DNA of 64,000 nt from Paramecium tetraurelia (lineage: Eukaryota): assembly GCA_000165425.1 (NCBI GenBank), contig CT868207.1, positions 620,001-684,000 on the forward strand, in the 5' to 3' direction. The notes under the pieces are model-generated. The model was given only the letters and a program-made list of their open reading frames with translations. It made no database searches and was not told the origin of the DNA. This document shows, piece after piece, positions 59,328-64,000 of this stretch; the first letter of the stretch is position 1, and the number at the start of each line of letters is the position of its first letter. A program made the translations under genes and the position numbers.

Positions 59328-59733
59328 ATTTGATCTATTTGATTAAAGTTACAATACTGAAATAATACAAATATTAAATAATAAATTCTGTAGATGATTT
59401 AATCATAAAAATATGGACATACAAGAATGAGTATAAATAAGTGCTTTTATCTATATGATAATATAAAATAATTGAGGAATATATAATTCTATGAAATTTA
59501 ATAATTATGTTTGTTTATAGTTCTGGCATTTAATTTTTGTTTAATTACTTAGTAATAATCAATTATTTATAGAAAGCAAATATGAGAACTCATTTTTCTT
59601 TTTAACTTAAATATTAAAATTTATCGAATAAATATATGATGAATATATCTATTGAGTTCTTGTTAAGTGGATATTTGCACTAATCTTTCTTAAACATAAA
59701 ACGAAATGTTATTATTTATTATTAATTTTTATC

Positions 59734-60642
59734 ATGTAATATGATTCGGCAACCTTAAAATTGATAAAACAAGACTTTAACTAGCAATTTGAAGAAAAAA
59801 TTCATAATTTTCAAGAATAGATCAATAAGTAATTTAAGTTTTCTTGTCTTTTTTGTTTTATAATTCTTGTAATATTTCTTGGGAACTTCAATGATTCGGA
59901 GTCAAATCACATTAAATTACACTTCTGCTATAATGTATGGATAATTTCATTATTCATTTTGCACTTACTAAAAGCAATATTAATCAACCAATAAATTCGC
60001 CTTATCAATGAAAACCATATAATAATTGCACTTTGGAGAAATGTAATTTAAAAGTAGGAAAATGACTTAGAACTTTAAGATTTGACGGGGATTGAAAATT
60101 AGACATCAGTCAATGAGATAACTCATATAAATGAAGGAATTTTATTTCCAGAATTACTAACTAAGTTAGATTATAGTCAATAAATTTTCCAAACAATCGA
60201 ACACTTATTAGACTTTATTCTTTTACTTTCTGCAATTTTGATATTGATAATAAATTGTTAATAAAATTCTTTTTAGATTGACGAATTAATAATAATGATT
60301 GGATTTGTTGGATTTTCAATCAAAAGAAATTTTTAGTATATAAAAAAATATTCATACATTTTAATCACACCAATTTTGTTTCCGTTTATCGTAATATTAA
60401 TATCAATAGGAAAATTAGCTAAGCGATTTAATCGACATATTCTCTAAAAGCGCTTAAGGAAGAAGTCAATGATTTCTGATTAAATTTATGAAAATTGCTA
60501 AATATGTTAACATCCAATTTAGATCAAAGAATGCATTATCCAATTAGAATGCAAGGCTAACCATGCATTTCATTATGAGTGCATAATAAATCATATATAG
60601 CATTCTTTTGTCTGTCCTGTATGCAACATGTTAATAAAATGA
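59734..60642 (+). CDS. Membrane-anchored RING-H2 protein (putative E3 ligase)
   Basis: Several hydrophobic segments, then CQIC...LECKANHAFHYECI...CPVC at the C-terminus. Intronless frame. Confidence 0.82.
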
Positions 60643-60686
60643 TATCCATATATTTATATTAAATCAATTGATTAATTATTAAATAG

Positions 60687-61868
60687 ATGAATTAGGACCA
60701 ACTTTAATTCGATTTCTAGTTGAAAGCCTTATTCATGTTTAATCCTTTGGCAATCCCTACAGTTCCAAAGCCTTCCGAACAAGTAATCTGATTAAAATAA
60801 ACCAAGGATCAACAAGATGCAAAATTAATTTACTATTTCCCTTAGAATGCCAACATTGAGGAAAAAAGAATACAGACAGGCATGGCTGAAGGGATATTTG
60901 TCTTCTTCAAACAATTCAATCCAAATGAATAAATANNNNNNNNNNNNNNNNNNNNNNNNNNNNNNNNNNNNNNNNNNNNNNNNNNNNNNNNNNNNNNNNN
61001 NNNNNNNNNNNNNNNNNNNNNNNNNNNNNNNNNNNNNNNNNNNNNNNNNNNNNNNNNNNNNNNNNNNNNNNNNNNNNNNNNNNNNNNNNNNNNNNNNNNN
61101 NNNNNACTTGCTATCAATACTAAGGTAATAGGAATCTTTGATAACTGATTTCTTAGTGTTCTATAATGGATATTTTGTGTATTCTACCTTGCCACATAAA
61201 AAGGCACTTTTATTTAAGGAGCATTATTATGGTAATGGATTGTCTTGGTCAACAGCTGAATAAAAAGTTGCCCAAAAACAATTTCTATCTTATGAGTAGT
61301 CTTAATATGCATATCTAAATTTTAACAATCTAAAAAATTTACCAACAGATTCCTCTTTTAGCCCTTAAATTATATACCTTAATTAATAACAAAAACATTT
61401 TTTCACATTTTTGGATAAGTAATTTTTTGTTGTTTTGATCTCTGATTTAATAAAAGATCTATCAAATATGAATAATGTTACAGATGCCTTAGCAAGGAAT
61501 GTTGATAAATTATCAACCAAATTGGAAACTTATATTGAAGCAAATCAAAAATAAGATAGTTTAAGATATATCTATTTTAATGGTATAAATTTGGCATCAA
61601 AAGTTTCAAATTAGTTGAATATTTAAAAATTATCTTCTGAAAATTTGAGAATATTATAGTAAGTGTATGAAAAGTTAAACCATTGTAATCAATACGTCGT
61701 TAGAAAGTATTTAAATTAATTAACGATAGTGCTGGTATGTGGTTTTTTGGCATCAAAGTGGTGGACAAACGAGTCATTTATCTCCAAACTGCGACCATAA
61801 GTTTAAGTAAAATTGAAGAAGAAATTAATAAATTTAAAGAATAATTCTTTCCTAATATGCTATTCTGA
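60687..61868 (+). CDS. CCZ1: Vacuolar fusion protein Ccz1 (spans an N-gap)
   Basis: LFMFNP...AKLIYYFPQNANIEEKRIQTGMAEGIFVFFKQF (first longin domain); C-terminal MWFFGIK...LSKIEEEINKFKEQFFPNMLF*. Confidence 0.8.
60936..61105. other. Assembly gap (N run)
   Basis: Run of N. Confidence 1.
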
Positions 61869-62245
61869 AATATATGAAAAATATATATATTAACAATTAA
61901 ATTTTAATAAAACCGATAACACTAAACATTTATATTGAGATTATAATGTAATTTTCAATAATTATTCAATTTTCTATACATTATTTTATATTTTTTATCA
62001 GAAAATTCCTATTTTAGTATCAAAGTTCTTATAAAAACAACCCATTTTTTACTTATAAAATCGTTTGAATTAATACAGCTTCATTGATGATAGTTTTATA
62101 AATCATTGAAGACACATTGGTAAGTTAATTTTAAATATAAAAAGAACAGGTAAAGATTTATTAATACTGATTATTAATTGAGATTACTTAAAGCTGTTTT
62201 TTTATTTATTAATCAAATATTTTTAGAATTTCAGAACCAATATAT

Positions 62246-63381
62246 ATGAATACAAAGGCCCTTAGTTTATAAAAGAATAGAGTGAATTCTGAACAATGGA
62301 AATTATTGCAAAGAGATGTACCTTATATTTCTAAACCCATCCTAGCCCTAATTACTTAAATTAGCCCAACAATTAAACAGAAATCGAACACAATCAAATA
62401 TTTCAACGCAGAAACAAGTCAAACCAGGCAATTAAACTGTCTCCAGAATCAAATTGGACTCTCTAAAAGTCGATAGTCTCGATGATCCTCCATGTTAACA
62501 AGAAGAACAAGCTAAATTAAAATAGACTATTACAAGTAGATCTGCTCAATTCACCAGAAAAGTCAACTTGAACAATCACATGCCAATAAAGAAAGTCCAT
62601 CATGGGAATTACTTTTTTGATAAAATTAAAGAAATTTTAATGAGTGACCTAAGAGACAATTCACCTATAAAAAAAATGGGTAGGGATGCTCTTAATCAAA
62701 TTCATATGATGATTACATATCAAGAATTTATCCCTGAAGTTTCTCTATAATATTAAGGGAAATCATAAAAAAAGTTAAAAATAGCCTTTGATCTCGATGA
62801 GACTCTCATTCACACAGAACCAATACAAAAGGATAAAGTATATGATTATCAAAACAATGAATTCGGAGTTTTTATTAGACCCTACTGTCGCCATGTGCTA
62901 AAAGAATTGAGTCTATTGGCCGATTTATTTGTTTTTACCTCTGCTAATTAAAAATATGCAAAGACAGTAAAAATATTATTAATTAATACAGATAATCAAT
63001 CTCATTGATCCAGAAAACACATACTTTAAAGGACATTTTTGTAGAAATCACTGCATTACTCTATAAAGCAGGATTTAACTCAAACATTTAGGAATTTTAT
63101 CAAACGACTTTTCAAACATAGTAATAATAGACAACAGTCCAATATTTTATATGTAATCTATTTAGTTTAAATGATTTAGGGGTTAGCCATATAATGGAAT
63201 ACCAATAGCTCCGTATATTGATGATAAAAATGATAATGAACTACTGAAATTGTTAAATTTTGTTACTGAAAAAATTTTATAATCAGACGATGTTAGAATT
63301 ACAATTAGACGATTCTTTCAATACGATATGTTTAGACAATTTTCCGATGGAGTCTAAGCATTCAACATTTTATATAATTGA
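62246..63381 (+). CDS. NLI-interacting-factor / SCP-FCP1-family HAD phosphatase
   Basis: IAFDLDETLIH (DxDxT), IRPY, VFTSANQKYA, RNHC, IVIIDNSP, NGIPI. Three introns. Confidence 0.92.
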
Positions 63382-63639
63382 TGAGTTTATATATTACCTC
63401 AATTCTCAATCTATTTTTATTCATTTTAATTCTTAATTTATATATATTTATGAGATAACTTTCATAAATAGATGGATTTTTGAAGAGTTATTTTTGAATA
63501 CTAAATTTAGAAATACTCATCTTTTATTTATATTAATAATTATTCATTTTCTAAATTTGAGTTAAGTGTTGAGTAAGGGTTCTTAGATCACATTATTAAA
63601 TAATTTATTTAACAGCTTTTTAAATTTTGTATTAATTGA

Positions 63640-64000
63640 ATGCATTACAACAATCACAACAGTAAGACATCTGATGCAGAAGGTGAGATTTAGAAATGGA
63701 AGGATAGGGCGTTGAAATTAGAAAGTGGATTTAAAGTATTAAATGATTTGATTTAGGAATTACAATAATTGATGGATGAAACTGATGATATGAGGAATAA
63801 TTTAGAGAAAAAGATAATGGAAAACCAATAGTTAGTGATTGAGAATAGCAGATTAAAAGAAAGATTGCAAAATATAGATGTTTCTGATAAAGTATTTTCG
63901 AACAAGTTATTCGATGATCATGATATCAAAGAAAAGGAATTCATTATTTAGAAATTAGAGTAAGAGATAATAGACAAGGATAATCAAATTTTAAAATTCA
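63640..64000 (+). CDS. Coiled-coil protein, partial (runs off the window end; true start uncertain)
   Basis: Open frame MHYNNHNSKTSDAEGEIQKWKDRALKLE... to the window end. Confidence 0.6.

Overview
Gene-dense, AT-rich eukaryotic DNA read with the ciliate nuclear code: TAA/TAG = Gln and TGA is the only stop. Introns are tiny (about 20-31 nt, GT...AG) and intergenic spacers very short, so this is almost certainly a Paramecium macronuclear scaffold. It has four N-gaps. The supplied ORF track treats TAA/TAG as stops and so fragments nearly every gene. Re-reading by hand gives about 35 genes. Recognisable ones are a WDR7-like C-terminus, a TYSND1/DEG15-like protease, several kinases (including a TDY-type MAPK15/ERK7-like kinase), EMC10-like, SEC23, a tetraspanin, a longin-type VAMP, mitochondrial BCAT, VPS33, SPT6, a PX protein, an LRR protein, GILT, RPS8, a SHIPPO-repeat protein, a RING-H2 protein, CCZ1 and an SCP/FCP1-type phosphatase. 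No mobile elements, telomeric repeats, tRNA/rRNA or CRISPR arrays were seen. Most notable: (1) a DEG15/TYSND1 homologue lacking catalytic His and Ser but ending in PTS1-like PKL; (2) a two-TM protein with a DEG/ENaC/ASIC-like LGDIGG motif; (3) a hidden twin-CX3C small-Tim-like gene broken by a +1 frameshift; (4) two structured intergenic ncRNA candidates; (5) SPT6 with two C-terminal CCHC zinc knuckles; (6) a Rab-like pseudo-GTPase; (7) an in-frame TGA in the MAPK tail; (8) two start codons only 8 nt apart. All translations and intron calls are manual and unverified by any search.
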